From contig CAYRPI010000002.1 of the NCBI GenBank assembly GCA_964426225.1, positions 1 through 26,574 of the forward strand: DNA of 26,574 nt. The letters run 5' to 3'. This DNA is from an uncultured Candidatus Babeliaceae bacterium. GTDB lineage: Bacteria; Babelota; Babeliae; Babelales; Babelaceae. The notes under the pieces are model-generated. The model was not told the DNA's origin, ran no database searches, and saw nothing but the letters and a program-made list of their open reading frames with translations. A program made the position numbers and the translations under genes. This document shows positions 13,625-22,966 of this stretch, one piece after another; position 1 is the stretch's first letter; each line of letters begins with the position of its first letter.

Positions 13625-15339
13625 TATTCCGACCGCACCGATTCTGTCAAACTTTTTGCCCGACGAACCAGCTCATCAACGGTCACTCCAAACTCTTGGG
13701 TCCCATCCACAAGCCGAAGTGTAACGGTCTGTGCCGCTGCCTCTTTTTTCCCAATAACAATCATCCACGGAATACGCTCTAACTGAGCAGCTTTAATTTT
13801 CCCTGCAAGAGGATCTGTGCTTTGATCCATATCAACACGAACACCCGCCTTCTTTAATGTATCCATAATAGCTTGGGCATAAGGGCGTTCCGCATCCGTA
13901 ATAGTCAAAAGACGTGCCTGAAGAGGCGCGAGCCAAAAGGGTAATTTCCCTTTATAATGCTCAAGCAAAATTCCAAAGAATCGTTCTAAAGATCCATAGA
14001 TGGCATGATGGATAACCACCACACGCTCTTTTTGTCCGCTGCTGGCCGTATAAGTCAGATCAAAATTTTCTGGCTGCAAGAAATCAACCTGGATAGTACT
14101 GCATTGCCATTGACGACCCATCAAATCAGAAATCCCTACCTCAATCTTTGGCCCATAAAATGCGCCTTCACCCTCTTTTATATAAAAGGTATGGCCGGAT
14201 TTTTCAACCGCTTGACGTAAAACTTCTGTAGCCCTATCCCAGACCGCAGGATCTCCCATAGCATTATCAGGCCGCGTAGCTATCGCAATTTTTATGTTCT
14301 CAAAGCCTGTCTTTACGAGCATGGCAAAGATCATTTTCAAGACATTAATAATTTCGGCTTCCATCTGGTCTAACGTACACATAATATGTGCATCATCCTG
14401 AGTAAAGGCTCTTACACGCATTAAGCCATGTAAAACACCAGAAAGCTCACGCCGGTGAACATGCCCAAACTCAGACAACCGCATAGGCAGTTCACGATAT
14501 GAACGAGGCCGATTTTTATAAATAAGAAAAGCACCAGGGCAGCTCATAGGCTTGATAGCATACTCTTCATCATCAATCGCCACAAAATACATGCTGTCTC
14601 GGTAAAAAGAGCTATGACCCGAACGCCTCCATAGGTCTGCACTCAACAAGGTAGGAGTTTCAATCTCTTGATACCCATTCTCTTCTAAAAGAGACCGCAT
14701 AAAGCTTTTAAGCTGGTTGATAACTAAGAGCCCCTTAGGATGGAAAAATGGGAAACCAACCCCTTCTGGCTGCAAAGAGAAAAGATCCATCTCTTCACCA
14801 ATTTTACGATGATCATACTCAAGAGCTTCTGCACGCTGCTTTACAAAAGTTGCAAGCTCCTCTGCCGTAGCAAATGCCACACCAGAAATACGTTGCAATT
14901 GCTCATTTTCTTTGTCACCGCGCCAGTAACAACCAGAAACAGTAATTAACTTAAAGTTCCCGAGCGTTCCCGTAGACGCCTCATGCCCACCGCGGCAGAG
15001 ATCATAAAACTCGCCTTGCGTAGAAATCCCAACTTCGGATTCTTCAATCTGCTCAATTAATTCAAGCTTAAAAGGATTATCTTTAAAAAGTGTACGAGCC
15101 TCATCCCTTGAGACCGTTTTAAAAAGAATAGGATAATTTTTTTTAACCAGCTCCAGCATGCGCTTTTCTATAGCAGGAAGATCCTCTTCCCGCAGATTAG
15201 TTCGAGGCAAAAAATCATAGAAAAAGCCAGATTCCGTAGCAGGGCCAATTGTAAAAAGGGTGCCAGGATAGAGCTGTGAAAGTGCATGCGCAAGCAAATG
15301 CGCGGTAGAATGCCTAATTCTCTCTAGTTCGTGTTCCAT
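13624..15339 (-). CDS. thrS: Threonyl-tRNA synthetase (short form without the N1/TGS domain)
   Basis: RHSTAHLL, GPATESGFFYDF, DLCRGGH, DHRKIG, KPMSCP, YRELPMR..E.G..HR.E.SG.LHGLMRVR.FTQDDAH, EGAFYGPK, HAIYGSLERF, C-terminal anticodon domain. Start set at ATG 15339 with an AGGA SD. Confidence 0.97.
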   Translation of the reverse strand: MEHELERIRHSTAHLLAHALSQLYPGTLFTIGPATESGFFYDFLPRTNLREEDLPAIEKRMLELVKKNYPILFKTVSRDEARTLFKDNPFKLELIEQIEESEVGISTQGEFYDLCRGGHEASTGTLGNFKLITVSGCYWRGDKENEQLQRISGVAFATAEELATFVKQRAEALEYDHRKIGEEMDLFSLQPEGVGFPFFHPKGLLVINQLKSFMRSLLEENGYQEIETPTLLSADLWRRSGHSSFYRDSMYFVAIDDEEYAIKPMSCPGAFLIYKNRPRSYRELPMRLSEFGHVHRRELSGVLHGLMRVRAFTQDDAHIMCTLDQMEAEIINVLKMIFAMLVKTGFENIKIAIATRPDNAMGDPAVWDRATEVLRQAVEKSGHTFYIKEGEGAFYGPKIEVGISDLMGRQWQCSTIQVDFLQPENFDLTYTASSGQKERVVVIHHAIYGSLERFFGILLEHYKGKLPFWLAPLQARLLTITDAERPYAQAIMDTLKKAGVRVDMDQSTDPLAGKIKAAQLERIPWMIVIGKKEAAAQTVTLRLVDGTQEFGVTVDELVRRAKSLTESVRSE

Positions 15340-15437
15340 GACCAGTTCCTTACGCCATGTGAAATTACTGCAATAGTTTAACAACTGGAAATAAGTATAT
15401 CACGAGAGAACTCCAATGGCCACAGAACCTAAACAAC

Positions 15438-17207
15438 CTACCAGCCGCCTCCACCTCCGCCGCCACGCCCCCCACCAGAAAAGCCTCCTCCACCTCCGCC
15501 AGACGATGTTTTATACGTTGTCAAAGGAATATTAAGGTCCGATGCAAAACTTCCAAGATCGGTAGCAAACGAATCCAACATAGCAAGTGTAAACAGCCTG
15601 CCTCCCCCATACCACAGGGGAGAATACGCATGATCTTCTGCTTCTAACTGCTTAAAGACAGATGCAAATTGCTGCGTCCACTGCCGCTCTGCATTTAAAG
15701 CAATAGCATAGGGCAAATATTTTTCATAAAGCTCCGGCGTCCTTGTAGGCGGAGTCCCCACCATATCAAGTCGCTCCGTCTCTGTCGTTTTTAAGAAAAG
15801 GGTAAACCCCTTTATCTCATCACGAATCCGACACCCTTGAGGAGTATAAGCACGAATGAGCAAAGCTCCTAAACCAACCAATCCAAAAAGAAACAGAGGA
15901 ATAATAGGATTAATCCACCCATCTAAAATCCAGGCTACAATCGTTATAAATAAACTAAAACACCCGGCCCAGATAGAATACTTTGCATTAAGAAGAAAAA
16001 AGTCCTTAAAAGCTTTTCCATGCTGTCCACGAATAAACTGAGCTGCATCCTGAACAGTTGCACGCCCCTCTTGCGAAAGCTTTACAACCTCAGATTGCCT
16101 AAACAATCTCTCCAAAATGCCGGCCTGCAGAGAATTCGGTGTCTTGATCTCCCCTCCATCTGCTCCCTCAAGCTGAGATTCAGGGTTTAACCCAGAATTA
16201 AATCCTGCCCGAACCAACCGATACGTTCCCTTACCAAACCAAGCCGTATCCTGCTCAATTTTTAGAAAACCATGAACGGCCATATCTACCAACTCCGCTG
16301 CCAGCTGCCGTGAATCATACCCCATATGAAGAATATAACGGCACCCCGACGGAGAAATATCTTTTGGAGGATAAAATAAGGGGATTATAGGACCCACATT
16401 TTGTGACTTTTTAACTCGACGCCAGACTATTCCATAAAAAATCAAAAGCGCCAAAAAGCTGAAGAAGAAAAGTATCAACCCCAGATTATCACGAACAAAC
16501 CATAAAAATTCTTGTCCCGTTGTGGGAGGCATAATAAGGCCCTTAGGCCAAGTCAAAGAGACTGAAAACCCTTCTCTAGGGCCAAGAGGCTGTATGACCT
16601 CACCATGAATTATACGGTCCCCTTCAATCCAGAATTTAGCCCCTCTTCCCGACTCCCCATAACGCCCTGTATAACCCCATAATGAAACCTTAGACGCAAG
16701 GATCTCGGGTGGAAGCTCAACGGTAACTCGTGCCTTTAAAATAGGAATTCTCCATAAATTACCCGTAACATTCCAGAAAAGCTCATCATACTTTTGAGAA
16801 AAAAAGAGCAGTTGTCGATTAGTACGATAATGAATCTTATAATGATAGATTCCAGGCGACAAAAAGAGCTCCGCCCTACCAATGCGGACGCGCTTTCCAT
16901 TCTGGACAGACTCTATATGAAACGGCTCTTGATGACCATCCCTTAACACAGATATATCTGAAAGTGCTACTGAATAATTTGTACCTGCAGGCCCTGCATA
17001 AACCGTAGGAATATCACGAAGCATGCCACGTCGTTGGACCAAAGCATTAAAGCCATAGTCCATATCTTCTGTAACATCAAGCGTCCCGTCGCTCTCTATT
17101 TTAATGGTTGCATCGAAAAGGGCCAAAAATTCGGGGAGATCCGCCCTCAAAAAAATTCCTGCACATAAAACGGAAACGCTTAATGCGAAACTAACACGAC
17201 GCACCAT
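15438..17207 (-). CDS. DUF2207-family membrane protein (LemA-associated)
   Basis: Signal peptide, DGTLDVTE, RG..RDIP, DELFWNVTG..W, central TM helices, EKYLPYAIAL, Gly-rich tail SSGGGGGGFSGGGRGGGGGGGW; directly downstream of lemA; AGGAGG SD. Confidence 0.85.
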   Translation of the reverse strand: MVRRVSFALSVSVLCAGIFLRADLPEFLALFDATIKIESDGTLDVTEDMDYGFNALVQRRGMLRDIPTVYAGPAGTNYSVALSDISVLRDGHQEPFHIESVQNGKRVRIGRAELFLSPGIYHYKIHYRTNRQLLFFSQKYDELFWNVTGNLWRIPILKARVTVELPPEILASKVSLWGYTGRYGESGRGAKFWIEGDRIIHGEVIQPLGPREGFSVSLTWPKGLIMPPTTGQEFLWFVRDNLGLILFFFSFLALLIFYGIVWRRVKKSQNVGPIIPLFYPPKDISPSGCRYILHMGYDSRQLAAELVDMAVHGFLKIEQDTAWFGKGTYRLVRAGFNSGLNPESQLEGADGGEIKTPNSLQAGILERLFRQSEVVKLSQEGRATVQDAAQFIRGQHGKAFKDFFLLNAKYSIWAGCFSLFITIVAWILDGWINPIIPLFLFGLVGLGALLIRAYTPQGCRIRDEIKGFTLFLKTTETERLDMVGTPPTRTPELYEKYLPYAIALNAERQWTQQFASVFKQLEAEDHAYSPLWYGGGRLFTLAMLDSFATDLGSFASDLNIPLTTYKTSSGGGGGGFSGGGRGGGGGGGW

Positions 17208-17238
17208 GAGCCCCTCCTAACGCCTTCTGCGCCCTTAT

Positions 17239-17805
17239 TTAAAATTGAATGTGTGGAACATTACGCTCTTCGGCACTATCCAATTCAAAATAAGGTGCCA
17301 CTACAAAACCGGTGACACCTGCAATAATACGTGAGGGGAACATCTGAACCCCGATATTATAATTTCTAGCCGCACCATTGTAGTACCGACGAGATAACTG
17401 AAGCTCATCTTCCAAGGATGCTAAATCTTTTTGAAGAGACATAAAATTTTGATTCGCTTTCAAATCAGGATAATTTTCAGCCACTGCAAAAAGAGTTTTT
17501 AAAGCAGACGTCAACTGACCTTCGGCCACCGCCTTTTGTTCAATGCCCACTGCACTCATCGAGACAGAACGCATGCGTGCTATATTCTCAAGAACTTCTT
17601 TTTCATGAATACCGTACTGTTTCACCACTGCGACTAAATTAGGAATTAAGTCATAACGACGCTTAAGTTGCACGCTAATGCCACTCCACCCTTCATCCAC
17701 CATAGCTTTTAAACGAACAAGGCCGTTATAGCCCTGCATAAACCAGAAACCAACCACTAAAATTGCCGCCGCAATTCCTATTAAAACAATACCCATAGAA
17801 GACAT
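17239..17805 (-). CDS. lemA: LemA family protein
   Basis: N-terminal TM anchor, YNGLVRL, W..I.VQLKRRYDLIPNLV..VK.Y..HEKEVL, AVAENYPDLKANQNF, RRYYN...RNYN, FPS.IIAG. Confidence 0.95.
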   Translation of the reverse strand: MSSMGIVLIGIAAAILVVGFWFMQGYNGLVRLKAMVDEGWSGISVQLKRRYDLIPNLVAVVKQYGIHEKEVLENIARMRSVSMSAVGIEQKAVAEGQLTSALKTLFAVAENYPDLKANQNFMSLQKDLASLEDELQLSRRYYNGAARNYNIGVQMFPSRIIAGVTGFVVAPYFELDSAEERNVPHIQF

Positions 17806-17819
17806 AATATTTTCCTAAG

Positions 17820-17881
17820 CAGGATTTAATCCTAAACAAGGTTTAATCAGGACTTATCCTGGAACAGGACTTATCCTAGAA
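17820..17881. repeat. Array of 17-bp palindromic units CAGGA(C/T)TTA(A)TCCT in the lemA leader
   Basis: Units at 17820 (CAGGATTTAATCCTAAA), 17848 (CAGGACTTATCCTGGAA) and 17865 (CAGGACTTATCCTAGAA), with a partial unit at 17837. Confidence 0.8.
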
Positions 17882-17918
17882 CCTGAAATAGTTAATTTCA
17901 CTCTCTTATCTACTACTA

Positions 17919-17948
17919 AGACTACAGGAAAAGAGTAGATTTTGGCAA
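17919..17948 (-). promoter_or_regulatory. Putative promoter TTGCCA-N18-TAGTCT for lemA
   Basis: -35 at 17948-17943 and -10 at 17924-17919; same layout as the promoters at 537-566 and 25689-25718. Confidence 0.55.
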
Positions 17949-18056
17949 GCCCCCACAAACCCCACAAATAAATTCAAAACTATAGCGCGAACCTAAATTA
18001 GCATGATATCCTCAAGAACAAAGGGTAAAAGCCTCAGGATTAACTAGGAGAGAAAA

Positions 18057-19445
18057 ATGACGGATAAAAAACTTTATATTCTGGATACCAATGTATTAAT
18101 CCATGATTCCAAAGCACTTTTTTCATTCAAAGGTGCCCATATAGGAATCCCGATTACCGTTCTTCAAGAATTAGATAGATTCAAATCAGAAACCACCTCA
18201 CGCGGACGCAATGCTCGCGAGGTCATTCGCACCCTCGATAAATTACGCGAACTGGGATCCCTGGCTCAAGGCGTAACACTTGAGGACAAAACAGTCGTTC
18301 AGATTCTTCTCCTCCCACCTGTCATCTCTATTCCATCATTAGGCGCAAAATCAGATGACGATACCATTCTTGCAACCATCCTCTCTATGCAAGCAAAAGG
18401 CTTTGAGATCCATTTCATAACAAAAGATCTTAATATGCGCGTCAAAGCAGACGCCTTAGGCATAAAAACAGAAGACTACCACAAAGAACATATTGCAGAA
18501 GATGATTTCTATAAAGGCTGGCTCTCATTCGCTGTTCCTGCTGGAGATTTACAAAAAGATCTACCCCTTATCCTCGCTCAAATAGCAAAAGAGCAAGACC
18601 TGCACACCAACGAATATATCGAACTTTTTAGTGAACGCAACCCAGAAAACTTCCGACTCTTTCGCTATAACGGCAACCAGATATTCAAACCCGTAAAACA
18701 TCCGCACATAATCTGGCCCATCCTTGCACGCAACCCTCAACAGCTCATGGCCCTTGATCTTCTTTTTGATGACAATATACAGTTAGTAACCCTTTTAGGC
18801 CCTGCAGGAACAGGAAAAACCTTCTTAGTACTCGTTGCAGCACTACATAAACTACTAGTGGAAAGAGAATATAAAAAAGTTCTTATCGCACGCCCTGTTG
18901 AACCACTAGGACGTGATATTGGATACCTACCAGGAGACATACAAGAAAAACTCTACAGCTGGATGCAACCCGTACGGGACAACTGGGATTTCATCTCTCA
19001 CAAAGCTCAATCAGGATATGAACGAGGACTCCACGAAGATCAACACGGAATACAAAAAGGTGCTCGAAAATCCCGAAAGAAAAGCCCTGCCGATTCCATC
19101 TGGAGGATCCCCTCAATAGACGATCTCTCTCACGCCGACAAACTTAGCCTTGAGGCCATTACCTATATGCGTGGACGCTCTATCCCTGACCAGTATATTC
19201 TCATTGACGAGGTTCAAAACCTAACGCCGCATGAAGTCAAAACACTTATCACACGAGTAGGAGAAGGAAGTAAAATTATCCTTGCCGGAGATCCCTATCA
19301 AATCGACTCCCCTTACTTAGACTTTGCAAGTAACGGTCTAGTCGTAACAAGTGAACGATTTAAAGGGCAATCTATCTTTGGATCCGTCTTTCTAGAAAAG
19401 AGTGAGCGGAGCGCATTAAGCTCTCTGGCAGCCCAACTATTATAA
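18057..19445 (+). CDS. PIN-domain PhoH-family ATPase (PhoH2/YlaK type)
   Basis: N-terminal PIN motifs YILDTNVLIHD, DD.IL, FITKDLNMRVKADALG; C-terminal PhoH motifs GPAGTGKT, IGYLPGD..EK, YMRGRSI, DEVQNLT, ITRVGEGSKIILAGDPYQID; AGGAG SD. Confidence 0.9.
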   Translation: MTDKKLYILDTNVLIHDSKALFSFKGAHIGIPITVLQELDRFKSETTSRGRNAREVIRTLDKLRELGSLAQGVTLEDKTVVQILLLPPVISIPSLGAKSDDDTILATILSMQAKGFEIHFITKDLNMRVKADALGIKTEDYHKEHIAEDDFYKGWLSFAVPAGDLQKDLPLILAQIAKEQDLHTNEYIELFSERNPENFRLFRYNGNQIFKPVKHPHIIWPILARNPQQLMALDLLFDDNIQLVTLLGPAGTGKTFLVLVAALHKLLVEREYKKVLIARPVEPLGRDIGYLPGDIQEKLYSWMQPVRDNWDFISHKAQSGYERGLHEDQHGIQKGARKSRKKSPADSIWRIPSIDDLSHADKLSLEAITYMRGRSIPDQYILIDEVQNLTPHEVKTLITRVGEGSKIILAGDPYQIDSPYLDFASNGLVVTSERFKGQSIFGSVFLEKSERSALSSLAAQLL

Positions 19446-19486
19446 AACAAAATAAATCCTAAAAACGGAAAATCAAAACGTGAGCA

Positions 19487-22400
19487 TTAGGCAAGAATAA
19501 GCTTAATGCCCACGTTTTGATCATGTAACAAAAGAAGTGTTTCCAAATCACAAGAATAACGACCACGCACCTCAAGCGCTAATGACTTACCCTGCTCAGC
19601 AAATAAAAATTCAAACCGCGTCTTCCCCGAAACAAAATGACTCTTCACCTGATGCAAAACAGAGGGCTCAAACCCTGGAGGCAACTTAAAAACTGCCTTC
19701 TCAACTCCCACCCACTCTGTAAAAATCTTCTCTAGAGGCATAATATCACTGGCTTTAATCTTACACATGCTCTCAGTTTCATCAATCATTCCACGCACCA
19801 AAAATACTGAATGGTGCTCGAGCAGATCAGAAACTTTTGCAAAAAGTTTTGGAAAAATAATTATTTCAGCAGATTCTTGGTAATCTTCAAGCTTTAAAAA
19901 TGCCATCCGATCACCTTTTTTGGTCGTTATATTTTTCTGCTCTTTTTTAAATCCGCAACAGAACACAAGCCCCTTCTGTTCCCGAGCTTGGGCAAAGGAA
20001 TCTACCCCCAACCATGATAATTGCCGACGATACGCATCTAAAGGTCGTGCACTAAGATAAAGACCCAAGAGCTCTTTCTCTTTTTCCAATTTTGCTTGCA
20101 TTTCCCAGTCATCACAAGGCGAAAAAGCATAAAACTCCTGTGTATCTCCCGCTGCTGTCGAAGCCCCAAAAAGCCCCATCTGCCCCGTCTCCGCAGCTCT
20201 TTTCTTCTCTAACGCACGCTCTATAACGGATGAAAGTTCATTAGTCTTTTGAGCACGGTTACCTGCAAGTGAATCAAATGCGCCTGCAGCAATCAGACTT
20301 TCCATAAACCGCTTATTACACGTTCTCAAATCAACACGACAACAAAAATCTAACAGATCCTTAAACACCCCTTTGCGTTGTCGCTCTTCTAAACAGCTAT
20401 CAATACCGGAATTGCCCGCATTTTTAATACCAATAAGCCCAAAACGAATTTCATTGTTTCGTGCCGCAAAATCACGTTCAGAAAGATTAACATCTGGTGG
20501 CATTACCACAATGCCCATCTCACGAGCCTCTTGAATATAAAAAGCCATCTTGTCCGGATCCTGACTCTCAAGCGAAATAAGACACGCCATAAACTCAACC
20601 GGATAATGCGCCTTTAAATAGGCCGTCTGATACGCGACCATACCATACGCTGCAGAGTGGGATTTATTAAACCCATACCCCGCAAAATGAGCCATTAAAT
20701 CAAACAACTCTCCCGCTTTTTTTTCATCAAAGCCCGCACCCTTGGCCTTTGAAACAAAAATAGCCCGCTGCTGCTCCATGACCTCGGCTTTGTTCTTACC
20801 CATAGCGCGTCGCAGAATGTCTGCTTCACCCAATGAATATTGACCGATCGTAGAGGCAATGCGCATCACCTGTTCTTGATAGACAATAACACCATAGGTC
20901 TCTTTAAGAATAGGCTCAAGCTCAGGAAAAAGATAAATGATAGTCTGACGACCATGACGCCGTTCAATAAAATCATCCACCATTCCAGAGCCCAACGGCC
21001 CCGGCCGATACAGCGCATTTACCGCTATAATATCTTCAAATCCATCTGGTTTTAAGCGGCGTAAAACATCCTTAATCCCACTCGATTCAAACTGGAAAAC
21101 TCCCGTAGTATCACCGCGTGATAAGAGTTCAAATGATTTTGCATCATCTAAGGGAAGTTGGGCAGGATCAATTTTTACCCCATGATTTCGCTCAATAAGC
21201 TTTACAACCCGCTCAATAAGCGTCAAGTTCTTCAAGCCCAAAAAGTCCATCTTAAGAAAACCAAGACTATCAAGCTCCGTCATGGCATACTGCGTTACCA
21301 AATCTTCCGTCTTAGGCGGAACGTAAACCGGTAACATTTCACAAACCGGTTCAGGCGTTATAACAATACCTGCCGCATGCTTTGAAGCATGTCTAGTTAA
21401 CCCCTCAAGCTTAAATGCCACTTCAAAAAGCTTAGCTATAGCAGGATTAGAATCACGCAACAAGACAAGTCGCGGCTCCTGCTCAAGGGCCTCTTTAAGC
21501 GTAATTTTTAACTGATCCGGAATGAGATCTGTAAGTGCATTAGCATCCTCAAAAGGAACTCCCAACGCACGTGCCACATCTTTCACTACACCTTTGGCCA
21601 TCATGGTCCCAAACGTGATAATCTGACAGACTTTATCATGCCCATACCGATCACGCACATAATTAATAACGCGCTCACGTCCCTCAACACAGAAATCGAT
21701 ATCGATATCAGGCATCGTTACACGCTCAGGATTCAAAAATCGCTCAAAAAGAAGATTATACCGCAACGGGTCTATATCAGTAATATTCAAAGCCCATGCA
21801 ACCAATGACCCTGCGGCAGAGCCCCGCCCAGGACCTACGGGAACACCATTGTTTTTAGCCCATTGAATAAAATCGCTAACCACCAGAAAATAGGTAATAA
21901 AACCCATAGTTGCAATAAGCTCTAATTCAATTTCAAGGCGGGACCAATAGACATCCGGCGTATCCGAAACTATACGATTACGATCAAAGAGCTTTTGCAG
22001 CCCTTCTCGACAAATGCGGGAAAAATAATCTTTATCAGACTCTGCCGTTGGAATCTGAAATTGTGGGAAAAAATGCTTTCCAAAATCAAACTCAAACGTA
22101 CATCTATCCGCAATCTCACCACTTCTTAAAAGAACATCTTCATTATCTGGGAATGCCGCGCGCATCTCCTCTGGAGTACGAAGATGAACCAGACAATCAT
22201 CGCCAAACGAGTAACGATCGGCATCACTCATTTTATGTTTTGTCTGTATCGCGAGCATCACCTCATGGGCATACTTGTCATCGGCGCTAAAATAATGGCT
22301 ATCGGCAGATGCAAAAACAGGAATCCCCTTTTTTTTGCCCATATCAAAAATTTTTTGATTCACTACCTTCTGATCCGCTTGGTCTCCCGGCTGAACCTCA

Positions 22401-22912
22401 AGATAAAAATTTTCCTCTCCAAAAATCCCTTGCATCTGATCTACTAAACTATCCGCTTCCACATCCCTATTTTGCAATAATAATTGCGGAATCTGCCCAC
22501 CCAAGCACGCCGAACTGGCAATAAGCCCCTCAGAATACTGGCGAAGCATTGCATAATCAACGCGAGGCTTAAAATAAAAACCTGCTGTGTACGACTCTTT
22601 TAAAAGACGACATAAATTTTTATACCCTACCTGATTTTTCACTAGGAGCAATAAATGAAAATACCGCTCGGTATTATCCCGTATAGCAACATTGGGTGTA
22701 ACATAAGCTTCCATACCAAGGACAGGCTTAATACCAGCCTTAGTACAGGCCTGAAAAAAATTCACAGCACCACAAATATTCCCATGATCAGAAATAGCTA
22801 TAGAGGGCAACTTGTGTTGTTTACAAAAACCTACAAGCTGCTCAATAGTTATAGCCCCATCAAGAAGAGAATATTCCGTATGTAAATGAAGATGAGTAAA
22901 ATAACGAGCCAC
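19487..22912 (-). CDS. dnaE: DNA polymerase III alpha subunit
   Basis: PHP motifs HLHLHTEYSLLDG and SDHGN; GPGRGSAAGSLVA; FERFLNPER..MPDIDIDF; LKMDFLGLKNLT; GVFQFES; NALYRPGP; GYGFNKSH; C-terminal OB fold (TKKGDRMAF). GTG start. Confidence 0.97.
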   Translation of the reverse strand: MARYFTHLHLHTEYSLLDGAITIEQLVGFCKQHKLPSIAISDHGNICGAVNFFQACTKAGIKPVLGMEAYVTPNVAIRDNTERYFHLLLLVKNQVGYKNLCRLLKESYTAGFYFKPRVDYAMLRQYSEGLIASSACLGGQIPQLLLQNRDVEADSLVDQMQGIFGEENFYLEVQPGDQADQKVVNQKIFDMGKKKGIPVFASADSHYFSADDKYAHEVMLAIQTKHKMSDADRYSFGDDCLVHLRTPEEMRAAFPDNEDVLLRSGEIADRCTFEFDFGKHFFPQFQIPTAESDKDYFSRICREGLQKLFDRNRIVSDTPDVYWSRLEIELELIATMGFITYFLVVSDFIQWAKNNGVPVGPGRGSAAGSLVAWALNITDIDPLRYNLLFERFLNPERVTMPDIDIDFCVEGRERVINYVRDRYGHDKVCQIITFGTMMAKGVVKDVARALGVPFEDANALTDLIPDQLKITLKEALEQEPRLVLLRDSNPAIAKLFEVAFKLEGLTRHASKHAAGIVITPEPVCEMLPVYVPPKTEDLVTQYAMTELDSLGFLKMDFLGLKNLTLIERVVKLIERNHGVKIDPAQLPLDDAKSFELLSRGDTTGVFQFESSGIKDVLRRLKPDGFEDIIAVNALYRPGPLGSGMVDDFIERRHGRQTIIYLFPELEPILKETYGVIVYQEQVMRIASTIGQYSLGEADILRRAMGKNKAEVMEQQRAIFVSKAKGAGFDEKKAGELFDLMAHFAGYGFNKSHSAAYGMVAYQTAYLKAHYPVEFMACLISLESQDPDKMAFYIQEAREMGIVVMPPDVNLSERDFAARNNEIRFGLIGIKNAGNSGIDSCLEERQRKGVFKDLLDFCCRVDLRTCNKRFMESLIAAGAFDSLAGNRAQKTNELSSVIERALEKKRAAETGQMGLFGASTAAGDTQEFYAFSPCDDWEMQAKLEKEKELLGLYLSARPLDAYRRQLSWLGVDSFAQAREQKGLVFCCGFKKEQKNITTKKGDRMAFLKLEDYQESAEIIIFPKLFAKVSDLLEHHSVFLVRGMIDETESMCKIKASDIMPLEKIFTEWVGVEKAVFKLPPGFEPSVLHQVKSHFVSGKTRFEFLFAEQGKSLALEVRGRYSCDLETLLLLHDQNVGIKLILA

Positions 22913-22966
22913 CCTCAGGAGTCCTATACATAAAATAAGTCGGAATCTTAACCCGTAGCTAAACTA

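Noticed and set aside
15340-15437. T-box or attenuator upstream of thrS
   Set aside because: Under 100 bp of spacer, no T-box consensus and no terminator hairpin.
15438-15500. G-rich / poly-Gly low-complexity tract
   Set aside because: Standard Gly-rich C-terminus of DUF2207-family proteins, not an independent repeat element.
18057-19445. PIN-PhoH as a toxin-antitoxin module
   Set aside because: No small co-oriented antitoxin ORF upstream; stand-alone PIN-PhoH genes are common.
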